NCBI GenBank assembly: GCA_965217775.1 | Contig: CBDCJH010000002.1 | Span: forward strand, 448,001 to 512,000 | Direction: 5' to 3' | DNA length: 64,000 nt | DNA from: Acidobacteriota bacterium | GTDB lineage: Bacteria > Acidobacteriota > UBA6911 > RPQK01 > JAJDTT01 | Shown here: one piece after another, positions 41,654 to 51,989 of the stretch | How the letters are laid out: each line of letters begins with the position of its first letter | Numbering within the stretch: the first letter of the stretch is position 1 | Made by a program: the position numbers and the translations under genes | The notes under the pieces: generated by a model | Told to the model about the DNA's origin: nothing | The model's input: the letters and a program-made list of their open reading frames with translations, nothing else | Database searches by the model: none

Positions 41654-42094
41654 ATGAAGAATTCGAGTAAGACGATTCTTCCAAGGCTTGACGAAATCGA
41701 CAGGAAGTGGTTCGTCGTGGACGCCAGCGATCAGGTTCTGGGTCGCTTGGCAACTCGATTGGCCACCGTCCTCATGGGCAAGGACCGACCCCATTACACT
41801 GATTTTCTCGATACTGGCGCATTCGTGATCGTCGTCAATGCCGACAAGGTGCGTCTGACTGGGAAGAAGTGGTCCCAGAAGGTCTATTATTCCCACAGCC
41901 GCTACCCGGGAGGGCTGAAAGAGATAACGGCCGAGAATCTGCTCCGCCGGTATCCGGATCGTCTGGTACGCTTGGCGGTTCGAGGTATGCTGCCGAAGAA
42001 CAAGTTGGGCAAGAGGATGATCCGGAAACTCAAGATCTATGCCGGCGCCGACCATCCGCATCAAGCTCAGAAGCCGGAGCCACTGGCCCTGTAA
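41654..42094 (+). CDS. rplM: 50S ribosomal protein L13
   Basis: WFVVDA...LGRLAT, GMLPKNKLG, HPHQAQKP. Confidence 0.98.
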   Translation: MKNSSKTILPRLDEIDRKWFVVDASDQVLGRLATRLATVLMGKDRPHYTDFLDTGAFVIVVNADKVRLTGKKWSQKVYYSHSRYPGGLKEITAENLLRRYPDRLVRLAVRGMLPKNKLGKRMIRKLKIYAGADHPHQAQKPEPLAL

Positions 42095-42124
42095 TCCATC
42101 CCCGCCGGCGACAGGAGATCTTCC

Positions 42125-42517
42125 TTGAACGAGGTTCAATACTACGGCACGGGCAAGAGGAAGTCCGCCACCGCACGCGTGTTCCTGATGCCCGGGGAAG
42201 GGCAGATCGTCGTCAACCACGTCGATTACCAGGATTACTTCCGAAACCGGACACAGCAGGTTGTGGTTTTGCAACCTCTGATGCAGACGGAGAACAAGGA
42301 CAAGTTCGACGTCTACGTCAACGTCAAGGGCGGGGGATATACGGGACAGGCCGGTGCCGTCCGGCTGGGAATAGCCCGTGCCCTGCTCCAGTTCGATTCC
42401 GATCTCCGTGGCACCCTCAAGAAGGCAGGACTGCTCAGACGCGATCAGCGGGTCAAGGAACGGAAAAAATACGGACAGCCCGGGGCGCGCAAGCGGTTCC
42501 AGTTTTCCAAGAGGTAG
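42125..42517 (+). CDS. rpsI: 30S ribosomal protein S9
   Basis: [24 protein letters not shown]. Confidence 0.98.
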   Translation: MNEVQYYGTGKRKSATARVFLMPGEGQIVVNHVDYQDYFRNRTQQVVVLQPLMQTENKDKFDVYVNVKGGGYTGQAGAVRLGIARALLQFDSDLRGTLKKAGLLRRDQRVKERKKYGQPGARKRFQFSKR

Positions 42518-42531
42518 ACAGGGAGAAATAG

Positions 42532-43449
42532 GTGAGCTCCATTCCCATCAAGCAACTGTTGGACGCCGGTGTCCATTTCGGGCATCAGACAAGGCGCTGG
42601 AATCCCAAGATGAAACCGTTCATCTTCGGCCAGCGAAACGGCATTCACATCGTCGATCTGCGAACCACACTCCGGTATTTCAAGCGCGCCATCGATTTCA
42701 TCGTCGAGCGGAGCATCCGAGGAAGTTCGGTGCTGTTCGTCGGCACCAAGAGACAGGCTCAGGACACCATCGAGCAGGAAGCCGGCAGATGTGAGGCCCA
42801 CTACGTCACCAACCGCTGGCTCGGCGGTCTTCTCACCAATTTCGCGACCGTCCGGAACAGCATCAAGCGCTACAAGGATCTGGAAGAAAAACGGGTCAAC
42901 GGCTTCTACGACCAGCTCTCCAAGAAGGAAGTGGCCCGGCTGGAGCGGGAACGCAAGAAGCTGGACAAGAATCTGCGCGGCATCCGAGACATGGAGCGTC
43001 TCCCCGATATCCTCTTCGTGGTGGACACGAACCGGGAGGTCATCGCCGTCAAGGAAGCCGCCAAGCTGGGTATTCCGGTGATCGCCGTGGTGGACACCAA
43101 CAGTGATCCTGACGACGTCGAATTCGTGATCCCGGGAAACGACGATGCGTTGCGATCGGTGAGGTTGTTCACCTCCACCATCGCGGATGCGATCCTGGCC
43201 GGAAAGGCGATTCGGGAAGCTCGTTTGGCCGAAGCCCGAGAGAAGGCGGCCCGGGAAAAGGCGGCTCGCGAGAAAGCGGCCCGGGAAAAGGCGGCTCGGG
43301 AGAGGGCTCTACGAGAGAAGGCGCTGCAGGAGAAAGCAGCGCAAGAGCAGGCGGCGCAGGAGACTTCGATACCGCCAGATGCCACCGTGGCGACCACCAC
43401 CGCTTCCGCGGTGAAGGCCACGAGTGCCCCCACCTCCGACAACAGCTAG
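42532..43449 (+). CDS. rpsB: 30S ribosomal protein S2 with repetitive C-terminal tail
   Basis: AGVHFGHQT..WNPKM, RWLGGLLTN, PGNDDA. Confidence 0.98.
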   Translation: MSSIPIKQLLDAGVHFGHQTRRWNPKMKPFIFGQRNGIHIVDLRTTLRYFKRAIDFIVERSIRGSSVLFVGTKRQAQDTIEQEAGRCEAHYVTNRWLGGLLTNFATVRNSIKRYKDLEEKRVNGFYDQLSKKEVARLERERKKLDKNLRGIRDMERLPDILFVVDTNREVIAVKEAAKLGIPVIAVVDTNSDPDDVEFVIPGNDDALRSVRLFTSTIADAILAGKAIREARLAEAREKAAREKAAREKAAREKAARERALREKALQEKAAQEQAAQETSIPPDATVATTTASAVKATSAPTSDNS

Positions 43450-43608
43450 GAGTCTGCGCGGTAGGAATGATCGTAGCGAGAAAGCGGGGAATCGAGGCCA
43501 GATTTTCTCGATTTTGAGGTGCATAGTCGTTCTATTCGCCGAGAAATCGGGGAAATATGGACCGATTCTACCGCTTTCGCAGTAGATCAATTTCTGCCGC
43601 GCAGGCTC
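43450..43608. mobile_element. MITE family B full-length copy at the rpsB stop codon
   Basis: CTAG-GAGTCTGCGCG...CGCGCAGGCTC-CTAG. Confidence 0.92.
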
Positions 43609-43667
43609 CTAGGGCGTCAGACAGGACTCGGCGCGTCAAGCTTCTTCAGCGGGAAGGTCGATCGAAA

Positions 43668-44267
43668 ATGAGTGTAACCGCAGCACAGGTCAAGGCGCTC
43701 CGGGACCGGACCGGCGCCGGAATGATGGAGTGCAAGAGAGCGCTGGTCGAGGCCGGAGGAGACTTGGATCGGGGTGTCGTCATCCTGCGCGAACGGGGTC
43801 TGGCCGCTGCCGCCAAGAGGTCTGGCCGCACCACGAGCGAGGGGACGGTGGGTCAGTACATCCATGCGGGTGGCAAACTGGGTGTTTTGGTGGAAGTGAA
43901 CTGCGAGACCGATTTTGTCGCACGCACCGACGAGTTTCAGGAACTCGTCCGGGATCTGGCCATGCAGGTGGCCGCTTCCAACCCCCTTTGCGTTCGGCGA
44001 GACGAGGTGGGTTCCGAAGAGATCGATCGCGAAAAAGGGATCTACCGCAACCAGGCGCTGGCAACGGGCAAACCTGAACGGATAGTCGAGAGAATCGTCG
44101 AAGGCCGGTTGGAGAAGTATTTCTCCGCCGTGTGCCTCTACGAGCAGCCCTTCGTCAAGGATCCCTCGATCACGGTCGAGCAACTCATCAAATCCAAGAT
44201 TGCCACCTTGAAGGAAAACATTACGGCCCGTCGCTTTTGCCGTTTCAAGGTGGGAGAAGATCTCTAG
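43668..44267 (+). CDS. tsf: Elongation factor Ts
   Basis: LRDRTGAGMMECK, EVNCETDFVA. Confidence 0.98.
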   Translation: MSVTAAQVKALRDRTGAGMMECKRALVEAGGDLDRGVVILRERGLAAAAKRSGRTTSEGTVGQYIHAGGKLGVLVEVNCETDFVARTDEFQELVRDLAMQVAASNPLCVRRDEVGSEEIDREKGIYRNQALATGKPERIVERIVEGRLEKYFSAVCLYEQPFVKDPSITVEQLIKSKIATLKENITARRFCRFKVGEDL

Positions 44268-44294
44268 AGTTCCTCACAATCGAAGGAGGCGGTT

Positions 44295-45053
44295 TTGCCC
44301 CAGGAGAGCCAGGCACCGTTGGGAGACCCGGTCAAGCTGGAACGACCCGTCTACCGGCGGCTTCTCGTCAAGCTCAGCGGCGAGATGCTCATGGGCGCCG
44401 GCAACTTCGGCGTCGATCCCGCCATGATGGAGGGCGTCGCCCTCCAGATCAAAGACGTTCACGCATTGGGTATTGAGACTTCCGTCGTTGTCGGCGGTGG
44501 CAACATCATCCGTGGGGTGAACGTCAGCGAGGCCGGATTCGACCGGGCCACGGGCGACTACATGGGCATGTTGGCCACTATCATCAACTCTCTGGCCTTG
44601 CAGAACGCTCTGGAGAAGAATGACGTCGACACTCGAGTTCTGAGCGCCATCCATGTCTCGGAACTTGCAGAGCCGTTTATTCGGCGGCGAGCCATCCGGC
44701 ACTTGGAAAAGAAGCGCGTGGTCATATTCGCCGCCGGTACCGGCAGTCCTTACTTTTCCACCGATACGGCGGCGGCCCTGAGGGCGATGGAAATTCGGGC
44801 CGATGTGATCTTGAAGGGGACCAAGGTCGACGGCGTGTACGATTCGGACCCGGAAGTCAACCCGGATGCCAAACGATTCGATCATTTGACTTACCTCCAA
44901 GTCCTGGAAAAGGGTCTCAAGGTCATGGACGCAACGGCCGTATCGCTGTGCATGGATCACAATCTTCCCATCATCGTGTTCAGTCTTCGGCAGAAGGGGA
45001 ACATCACGAGCGCGGTCCTGGGAAAGAAGGTGGGTTCCATCATCAGCCATTGA
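44295..45053 (+). CDS. pyrH: UMP kinase
   Basis: [28 protein letters not shown]. Confidence 0.98.
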   Translation: MPQESQAPLGDPVKLERPVYRRLLVKLSGEMLMGAGNFGVDPAMMEGVALQIKDVHALGIETSVVVGGGNIIRGVNVSEAGFDRATGDYMGMLATIINSLALQNALEKNDVDTRVLSAIHVSELAEPFIRRRAIRHLEKKRVVIFAAGTGSPYFSTDTAAALRAMEIRADVILKGTKVDGVYDSDPEVNPDAKRFDHLTYLQVLEKGLKVMDATAVSLCMDHNLPIIVFSLRQKGNITSAVLGKKVGSIISH

Positions 45054-45105
45054 ACGATGCCGCCGAACCTGTCGGGGACGCCGCGCGACTCAAGGGGGAG
45101 ACAGC

Positions 45106-45675
45106 ATGAACGGGAACTCTGTCCAGCAGGTGTTGACTGAAACCCGAACCCGAATGCGTAAGACCGTTGAGGATCTGAGCCGGGAATTGGCGTCGGTCCG
45201 CACCGGCAGAGCCTCCCTGCACTTGTTCGATCCGATCAGGGTGGACTACTACGGCACTCCAACGCCCATCAACCAGGTCGCCACTTTGCACGTGGCGGAA
45301 GCGTCGCTGGTGACCATCCAACCTTGGGACCCGACCCAGATCGAGAGTATCATCCGCGCTATTCTGGTCTCCGATCTCGGTCTGAATCCTTCCAGCGACG
45401 GAAGGCTCATCCGGGTGCCCATCCCTCCGCTGACCGAGGAGCGGCGCCGGCAACTGGCCAAACATGTCCGGAAAGTGACCGAAGGGCACCGGACCGCGGT
45501 CAGGAACATCCGCCGGAGCGCCAATGACCGGGTGAAGAAACTCTCCAGAAGCAAGGCCATTTCCGAGGATGACGAGCACCGCGGGTACGATCAGGTCCAG
45601 AAGATCACCGACGACTTCATCGCCCAAGCGGACGATCTGGGGCGGCTGAAGGAGAGCGAGGTCCTCGAAGTCTGA
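45106..45675 (+). CDS. frr: Ribosome recycling factor
   Basis: RTGRAS, VDYYG, PPLTEERR, RNIRR. Confidence 0.98.
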   Translation: MNGNSVQQVLTETRTRMRKTVEDLSRELASVRTGRASLHLFDPIRVDYYGTPTPINQVATLHVAEASLVTIQPWDPTQIESIIRAILVSDLGLNPSSDGRLIRVPIPPLTEERRRQLAKHVRKVTEGHRTAVRNIRRSANDRVKKLSRSKAISEDDEHRGYDQVQKITDDFIAQADDLGRLKESEVLEV

Positions 45676-45681
45676 ACCTAG

Positions 45682-45761
45682 GAGCCTGCGCGCCAGAAAT
45701 TGATCTACTGCGAAAGCGGTAGACCACTTTCTCGCTACGATCATTTCTACCGCGCAGACTC
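45682..45761. mobile_element. MITE family B, 80-bp internally deleted copy
   Basis: CTAG on both sides; both TIRs intact. Confidence 0.9.
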
Positions 45762-45840
45762 CTAGTGCCGGCGTCGTCCTGAACCGGTGTGACCCCATGC
45801 CCGGTGCGGCATCGGAGCCGTCGTCGTTATCCCAGTAGAA

Positions 45841-46386
45841 TCACGGCAGCAGGACGGCGGCCGCCACGACGGTCGTCCAGCGTCCGTTCCGGTCACCGAA
45901 CGCGGACTGGGCTATGCTGGTGGTTTCGGCGAACTCGCCGCATCGTTCCCACGACCCCTTCGGGCCTTCCCCGGCAGCATCCTCCTCCGAGGGCAGTCCC
46001 AGGCTGGCGGACAGCATCTGGGCCGCCACGGATTCGGCGTGGCTTCCCGCCGCGGCCGCGGTTTCCCCGAAACCGTGGTGCTCGCTCAAGTATCCATGCC
46101 GGTTCGAGTCCCTCGGCGTCGCCAACCCGATGGATGCGGCAACCAGACGGCCCGGCTCGGGAGTCGCATTCGTGCTGATCACGGCAAAGACCACCTGACC
46201 CGGGACCAGGCCTTCCAAACCCTGCTCCCTGTTGACCAACTTGCACTTGGGAGGAAAGATGCTGGAGACGCGAACCAGATTGAAGGAGGAGATCCCGGCG
46301 TCGTGGAGCGCCATCTCCCAACTGATCAGTTTCTCGCGGTGACGTCCGGTACCACGCGTCAAGAACAGTCTGCCGGGCACCAGCAT
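45841..46386 (-). CDS. pdaD: Pyruvoyl-dependent arginine decarboxylase
   Basis: ALHDAGI..FNLVRVSSIFPP (Ser-Ser cleavage site), GYLSEHH, WTTVVAAAV. Confidence 0.88.
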   Translation of the reverse strand: MLVPGRLFLTRGTGRHREKLISWEMALHDAGISSFNLVRVSSIFPPKCKLVNREQGLEGLVPGQVVFAVISTNATPEPGRLVAASIGLATPRDSNRHGYLSEHHGFGETAAAAGSHAESVAAQMLSASLGLPSEEDAAGEGPKGSWERCGEFAETTSIAQSAFGDRNGRWTTVVAAAVLLP

Positions 46387-46545
46387 GCAGAAAACTCCTG
46401 TTTCCGGGCCGCAGCCGGCGCGTTTCCGGAGGGTGTCCGCCGCGGACTGCGGGAGGTTGTCATCGAGGTGCTATACTTGATTTTCCCCGCCTCGTCCACC
46501 GGGCAAACAGCGGGTGCGGCGCTCGCAGGCCCGGTCGCCCTCCCT

Positions 46546-46683
46546 GACCCTTGTGGTCGCCCTCGCCGGGCCGATCAGCGATGGGCGACAGCGGGCACCC
46601 ACAAGGGGTGCCCCTACGTCGCGGTCCTCGTTCAAATCTGCTTTCCCTGTTCTCCTGAAGCTCCGGAAAAATCGGGAAAGTCC
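46546..46683. repeat. REP/REPIN family D copy 3
   Basis: GACCCTTGTGGTCGCCC...GGGCACCCACAAGGGGTGCCCCTAC plus flank ...ccggaaaaatcgggaaagtcc. Confidence 0.82.
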
Positions 46684-46760
46684 AGTCGCTGCCCCGGTTG
46701 AGTTCGCTTTCGGAACTATGGTATCAATGAGTCTCGTTGGAGGGAGCGGTCCAGGAGGAG

Positions 46761-47357
46761 ATGCCTGAAGAGCAACCGCCAGAAGCCGCGGTCCGACAAG
46801 AACCGACAGAGGCCGAGGAAAGCGAAAACCAATGGTCTCTGGCCGGCGTCTTCGATGAGTTTCGCGGTTGGGCTCGAGACATCCTCGTCGCCGCCGTCGT
46901 CGCGGTCCTCATCGTCATATTCGTGGTGCAGCCGGTCAAGGTGGAGGGGACCAGCATGGCCCCTCGCTTGGCTGATCAGGAGCGAATCTTTGTCAGCAAG
47001 CTCTCCTATCGTTTCTCGAATATCGAACGCGGCGATATCGTGGTCTTCTGGTACCCTAGGAACCCGGCCAAGTCTTTCATCAAGCGGGTCATCGGGATTC
47101 CCGGTGATACCGTGGAGATCAAGCGAGGCGTCGTGTTCATCGACGGACGGCGCTTGGAGGAACCCTACTTGCGCTCAGAGTACCTGGACCACGACTATCA
47201 CACGACCAAGGTTCCGGAAGGCCAGTACTTTGTTCTGGGAGACCGGAGAAACTCCAGCAACGACAGTCGAAACTGGGGATGCGTGCCGCGCCGGAACATA
47301 TTCGGGAAGGCCGTGTTCCGATACTGGCCCATCTCCAAGGCGGGCATGATCGAATAG
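46761..47357 (+). CDS. lepB: Signal peptidase I
   Basis: GTSM, FIKRVIG.PGD, GD.RNSSNDSR; AGGAGG RBS. Confidence 0.95.
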   Translation: MPEEQPPEAAVRQEPTEAEESENQWSLAGVFDEFRGWARDILVAAVVAVLIVIFVVQPVKVEGTSMAPRLADQERIFVSKLSYRFSNIERGDIVVFWYPRNPAKSFIKRVIGIPGDTVEIKRGVVFIDGRRLEEPYLRSEYLDHDYHTTKVPEGQYFVLGDRRNSSNDSRNWGCVPRRNIFGKAVFRYWPISKAGMIE

Positions 47358-47411
47358 CCGGGAGACGGATCCGGCTCAACCAGACCTGCCTGATTCGAGG
47401 ATCCAGCAGAC

Positions 47412-48500
47412 GTGGGCAAACGGGCGATTCTATACCTGGAAGATGGGACCGTGTACGAGGGCGTTGCCTTCGGTGCAGACACGGAATCTTTGGGCGAGGT
47501 GGTTTTCAACACTTCCATGACGGGGTACCAGGAGATTCTGACGGACCCCTCCTACTCCGGGCAGATCGTGGTCATGACCCAGCCCCAGATCGGCAACTAC
47601 GGAACCAACTCTGAAGATGGAGAGTCCTTCAAGCCGCACGTGGAAGGCTTCGTCCTCCGTGAATGCAGTCCCATCTTCAGCAACTGGCGGGGAGAGCAGA
47701 CGCTGGACGCCTATCTGAAGCAGCATGGCATCGGAGGCATCTCCGAGATCGACACCCGGGCCCTGGTTCGCCGCATCCGGGAGAAGGGGGCCATGCGGGG
47801 CGGAATCTCCACCTCCTCTGTCGATTCCATACGACGGAAAGTCCTGGCTCATCCAACGATGGCCGGACTGGATTGCGTGAGGTTCGTCACGACCTCGGAG
47901 TCCTATGCCTGGCCGGTGGAGGATTCCAGGTTCAGAGTCGTGGCCTACGACTTCGGGATCAAGCACAATATCCTTCGATGCCTCGCCTCCCGTGGGTGCG
48001 ACGTCACCGTCGTCCCGGCCACTACGGCTGCCGAGGATGTTCTGGCGATGGACCCGGACGGTGTCTTCCTGTCGAATGGTCCCGGTGACCCGGAGCCCCT
48101 CGACTACATTGTCGCCAACGTCAAGAAGCTGCTGGGAAAGAGACCCGTCTTCGGCATCTGTCTGGGTCACCAGCTTTTGGGATTGGCCTTCGGTGGGCGG
48201 ACCTACAAGTTGAAGTTCGGGCATCGAGGCGGCAACCAGCCGGTCCAGAATCTGTTGACTCGAAAAATCGAGATCACGTCTCATAATCACGGGTTCGCCG
48301 TGGATCCCGATTCCTTGGACGACGGCAGCGTCCAGTTGACCCATCTCAACCTCAACGACCAGACTCTGGAAGGCATGCGGCACCGGTCCCTGCCGGCTTT
48401 TTCCGTGCAATATCATCCCGAGGCTTCTCCGGGACCCCATGATTCCTTGTACCTGTTCGACGATTACCTCGACCTGATGCGAGCCCATCGGCCGGGTTGA
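47412..48500 (+). CDS. carA: Carbamoyl-phosphate synthase small subunit
   Basis: GEVVFNT.MTGYQE, SNGPGDP, GICLGHQ, QYHPE. Confidence 0.98.
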   Translation: MGKRAILYLEDGTVYEGVAFGADTESLGEVVFNTSMTGYQEILTDPSYSGQIVVMTQPQIGNYGTNSEDGESFKPHVEGFVLRECSPIFSNWRGEQTLDAYLKQHGIGGISEIDTRALVRRIREKGAMRGGISTSSVDSIRRKVLAHPTMAGLDCVRFVTTSESYAWPVEDSRFRVVAYDFGIKHNILRCLASRGCDVTVVPATTAAEDVLAMDPDGVFLSNGPGDPEPLDYIVANVKKLLGKRPVFGICLGHQLLGLAFGGRTYKLKFGHRGGNQPVQNLLTRKIEITSHNHGFAVDPDSLDDGSVQLTHLNLNDQTLEGMRHRSLPAFSVQYHPEASPGPHDSLYLFDDYLDLMRAHRPG

Positions 48501-48535
48501 GTTCCGCGGACCGAGCCTTCGAGCACAGAGTAGGC

Positions 48536-51500
48536 ATGCCCAGGCGAGACGACATTGAGAAGATCCTGATTATCGGCTCGGGACCCATTGTCATCGGCCA
48601 GGCCTGCGAGTTCGACTATTCCGGGACCCAGGCCTGCAAGGCCCTGATGCAGGATGGGTTCCAGGTCATACTGGTCAATTCCAATCCCGCCACCATCATG
48701 ACGGACCCCGAAGTCGCGGTCCGAACCTATGTGGAGCCGCTGACGGAGGAATACGTCGGCGAAATCATCCGGCGGGAACGACCCGATGCCATATTGCCTA
48801 CCGTGGGCGGGCAGACCGGTCTCAATGTCTCGGTCCAGCTCAGTGAGAGCGGCCTGCTCCGGGAGCTGGGCGTCGACATGATCGGAGCCAAGCTGGACGC
48901 GATTCAGATGGCGGAGGACCGGCGCCTCTTCCGTGCCGCCATGGAGGAAATCGGGCTCCAGGTGCCCAGTTCCGGCTTCGCCACCAGTCTGAAGGAGAGT
49001 CACGAGATTTTGGAGAGGGTCGGTCTTCCCGCCGTGATACGTCCATCCTTCACGCTGGGCGGCACCGGCGGCGGCATCGCCTTCAACACCGAGGAGTTTC
49101 AAGAGATTTCGGACCGGGGAATCCAGCTTTCGCCCATCGGCGAGATCCTGGTCGAGGAATCGGTTCTGGGGTGGAAGGAATTCGAGCTGGAGGTGATGCG
49201 CGATCTGAACGACAACGTCGTCATCATCTGCTCCATCGAGAACTTCGATCCCATGGGCGTGCACACCGGGGATTCCATCACCGTCGCTCCCGCGCAGACC
49301 CTTACGGACCGGGAATACCAGACGATGCGCGATGCGGCCATCGACATCATCCGCAAGATCGGAGTGGAGACGGGTGGCTCGAACATCCAGTTCGCCGTCA
49401 ATCCGGATGACGGGCGAATGGTGGTCATCGAGATGAACCCTCGGGTGAGCCGGAGTTCGGCCCTGGCCTCCAAGGCCACCGGCTTTCCCATTGCCAAGGT
49501 CGCGGCCAAGCTGGCAGTGGGCTACACGCTGGATGAGATTCCCAACGACATCACACTCAAGACGCCGGCCTCATTCGAGCCCACCTTGGACTACGTCGTG
49601 GTCAAGATACCCCGCTGGAATTTCGAGAAGTTTCCCGAATCCGATCCGTTGCTGGGAACCCAGATGAAGTCGGTCGGAGAGGTGATGGCCATTGGGAGGA
49701 CGTTTCGGGAAGCCTTGCTGAAAGGCGTCCGATCTCTGGAGACGGGCAAGACGCTGTTTGCCGAGCAGACCGATCCCCAACGCATCAACGAGCATCTGGT
49801 TCGTCCCAATCCGAGCCGTCTCGCTCATGTCTTTCTGGCCTTCGAGCATGGATACACTCGGGACCGGATCTTCGAACTCACCGGTATAGACCACTGGTTT
49901 CTACAACAGATCGAGCGGTTGCTGGCCGAGATCAAGGAACTCGAGGGGAACCGGCCCGAGGCCCTCGGACCCGCCAAGCTGGCTCGCGCCAAGAGGGACG
50001 GCTTCTCCGACCTCTGGCTTTCTCAGATCCTGAGCCGCAACCGGGCAGCCGGGAGTCCCGCCGTCACCGAGCGGGAGGTTTGGAATTTCAGAAAAGACAA
50101 CGGTATCGTTCCTGTCTTCAAACGCGTGGACACCTGCGCGGCCGAGTTCGAGTCCTACACTCCTTACTTGTATTCCAGTTACGAAATGGAGGACGAAGCG
50201 GATCCGGGCGACGGCAAGAAGATCGTGATCCTGGGGAGTGGACCCAACCGGATCGGCCAGGGGATCGAGTTCGACTATTGCTGCTGCCACGCCTCCTTCG
50301 CTCTCAAGGAGGAGGGGTACGAGACCATCATGGTCAACTGCAACCCAGAGACGGTTTCCACCGACTACGACACCTCGGACCGCCTCTACTTCGAGCCCTT
50401 GACCTTCGAGGACGTGATGGCGGTGGTGCAGCGGGAGCAGCCGGACGGCGTCGTGGTTCAACTGGGCGGTCAGACTCCTCTGAAATTGGCGCTGCCCCTC
50501 TTCGAGGCCGGGGTCCCCATCGTCGGAACCTCTCCCCAGTCCATAGACCTGGCCGAGGATCGGGAGCGTTTCGAGCGGCTCCTGCGGGAAATGAACATTA
50601 CCCGGCCCGAGAACGGAACCGCCATGTCCATCGTGCAGGCGCGCAAGATCGCCCGGCGCATCGGTTATCCGCTCCTGGTTCGACCCTCTTACGTGTTGGG
50701 CGGGAGAGCCATGGCCATCGTCTATGACGAGGCCTCTCTGGACGGGTACGTCAGCTCTGCCGTGGACGTCTCGCCCGAACGCCCTATCCTGATCGACAAG
50801 TTCCTGGAAGATGCCCGGGAGTATGACGTAGACGCGCTGGCCGACGGCGAGAACGTGATCATCGGCGGGATCATGGAACACATCGAGGAGGCGGGCATCC
50901 ACTCGGGGGACAGCACCTCGGTCCTGCCGCCCATCATCATCGAGGAAGAGCACCTGGAGACCATGCGGGACTACACCCGGCGGCTGGGGGAAGCGCTCCA
51001 GGTCGTGGGTCTCATGAATATTCAGTTTGCGGTGGTGGAGGAGCGTGTCTACGTCCTGGAGGTGAATCCCCGGGCCAGCCGCACCATACCTTTCGTGAGC
51101 AAGGCCACGGGAATCCCGCTGGCCAAGGTGGGAGCCCGGCTCATGATCGGAAGAAAGCTCTCCGAGCTGGGGCTGACGCGGGATCTGGACGTCACCAGTT
51201 GCTTTGTGAAGACCCCCGTCTTTCCCTTTGCCAAGTTTCCGGGCGTCGACACGATTCTGGGACCGGAAATGCGGTCGACGGGCGAAGTCATGGGGGGAGA
51301 CGAGTCCTTCGGCTACGCGTACGCCAAGGCTCAGACCGGCGCCGGCAACCACCTGCCCAAGTCAGGAGTCGTTTTCCTGAGCGTCAATGAGCGTGACAAG
51401 CGCTACATCATCACCATCGCCCAGGACTTCCAGCGGCTGGGTTTCCAGGTGGTGGCCACGAGCGGCACCGCCAAGGTCCTGGCGCTGTCGGGAATGGAAG

Positions 51501-51793
51501 TGGAGACGGTCTACAAGGTGAACGAAGGGCGGCCCAACGTGGTGGATCTGATCAAGAGCAAGAAGATCCATCTGGTGGTGAACACGCCCTTGGGCCGGGA
51601 GTCCTTCTTCGACGAGAAGGCCATTCGGCGGGCCTGCATTCAGTACGGAACTCCCTGCATCACCACGCTCTCGGCCGCGGCTGCCGCGGTCAGCGCCGTC
51701 CGGGCTCTGCAGCGGGAAGAGATCCGGATCAAGAGTCTCCAGGAGTATCACGAGCTCCGCAACGATCCGGCGGAGCCCCTGTTCCAATCCTGA
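48536..51793 (+). CDS. carB: Carbamoyl-phosphate synthase large subunit
   Basis: [30 protein letters not shown]-like C-terminus. Confidence 0.98.
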   Translation: MPRRDDIEKILIIGSGPIVIGQACEFDYSGTQACKALMQDGFQVILVNSNPATIMTDPEVAVRTYVEPLTEEYVGEIIRRERPDAILPTVGGQTGLNVSVQLSESGLLRELGVDMIGAKLDAIQMAEDRRLFRAAMEEIGLQVPSSGFATSLKESHEILERVGLPAVIRPSFTLGGTGGGIAFNTEEFQEISDRGIQLSPIGEILVEESVLGWKEFELEVMRDLNDNVVIICSIENFDPMGVHTGDSITVAPAQTLTDREYQTMRDAAIDIIRKIGVETGGSNIQFAVNPDDGRMVVIEMNPRVSRSSALASKATGFPIAKVAAKLAVGYTLDEIPNDITLKTPASFEPTLDYVVVKIPRWNFEKFPESDPLLGTQMKSVGEVMAIGRTFREALLKGVRSLETGKTLFAEQTDPQRINEHLVRPNPSRLAHVFLAFEHGYTRDRIFELTGIDHWFLQQIERLLAEIKELEGNRPEALGPAKLARAKRDGFSDLWLSQILSRNRAAGSPAVTEREVWNFRKDNGIVPVFKRVDTCAAEFESYTPYLYSSYEMEDEADPGDGKKIVILGSGPNRIGQGIEFDYCCCHASFALKEEGYETIMVNCNPETVSTDYDTSDRLYFEPLTFEDVMAVVQREQPDGVVVQLGGQTPLKLALPLFEAGVPIVGTSPQSIDLAEDRERFERLLREMNITRPENGTAMSIVQARKIARRIGYPLLVRPSYVLGGRAMAIVYDEASLDGYVSSAVDVSPERPILIDKFLEDAREYDVDALADGENVIIGGIMEHIEEAGIHSGDSTSVLPPIIIEEEHLETMRDYTRRLGEALQVVGLMNIQFAVVEERVYVLEVNPRASRTIPFVSKATGIPLAKVGARLMIGRKLSELGLTRDLDVTSCFVKTPVFPFAKFPGVDTILGPEMRSTGEVMGGDESFGYAYAKAQTGAGNHLPKSGVVFLSVNERDKRYIITIAQDFQRLGFQVVATSGTAKVLALSGMEVETVYKVNEGRPNVVDLIKSKKIHLVVNTPLGRESFFDEKAIRRACIQYGTPCITTLSAAAAAVSAVRALQREEIRIKSLQEYHELRNDPAEPLFQS

Positions 51794-51989
51794 GAGCCTG
51801 CTTTTCACCCTCGTCCCGTCTCGCGGATTCCCCTTTTCGTCCCTAACCCGGCATAGCCGGAACCGGAATTTCTTCGCCGGAGCGGCGGCGTTCCAGTTCC
51901 CGGACCTTCAATTGGCCGCGTCTGGCTCCGGTTTGGTACGAAGAGGGCGCCCCTACACGTCTCCTCCCTTTCTGTTACATTAGCGTTTC

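Noticed and set aside
40883-42274. 463-aa minus-strand ORF and many similar antisense ORFs (e.g. 49901-51352, 28968-30173)
   Set aside because: Shadow frames of real GC-rich genes with no recognisable motifs.
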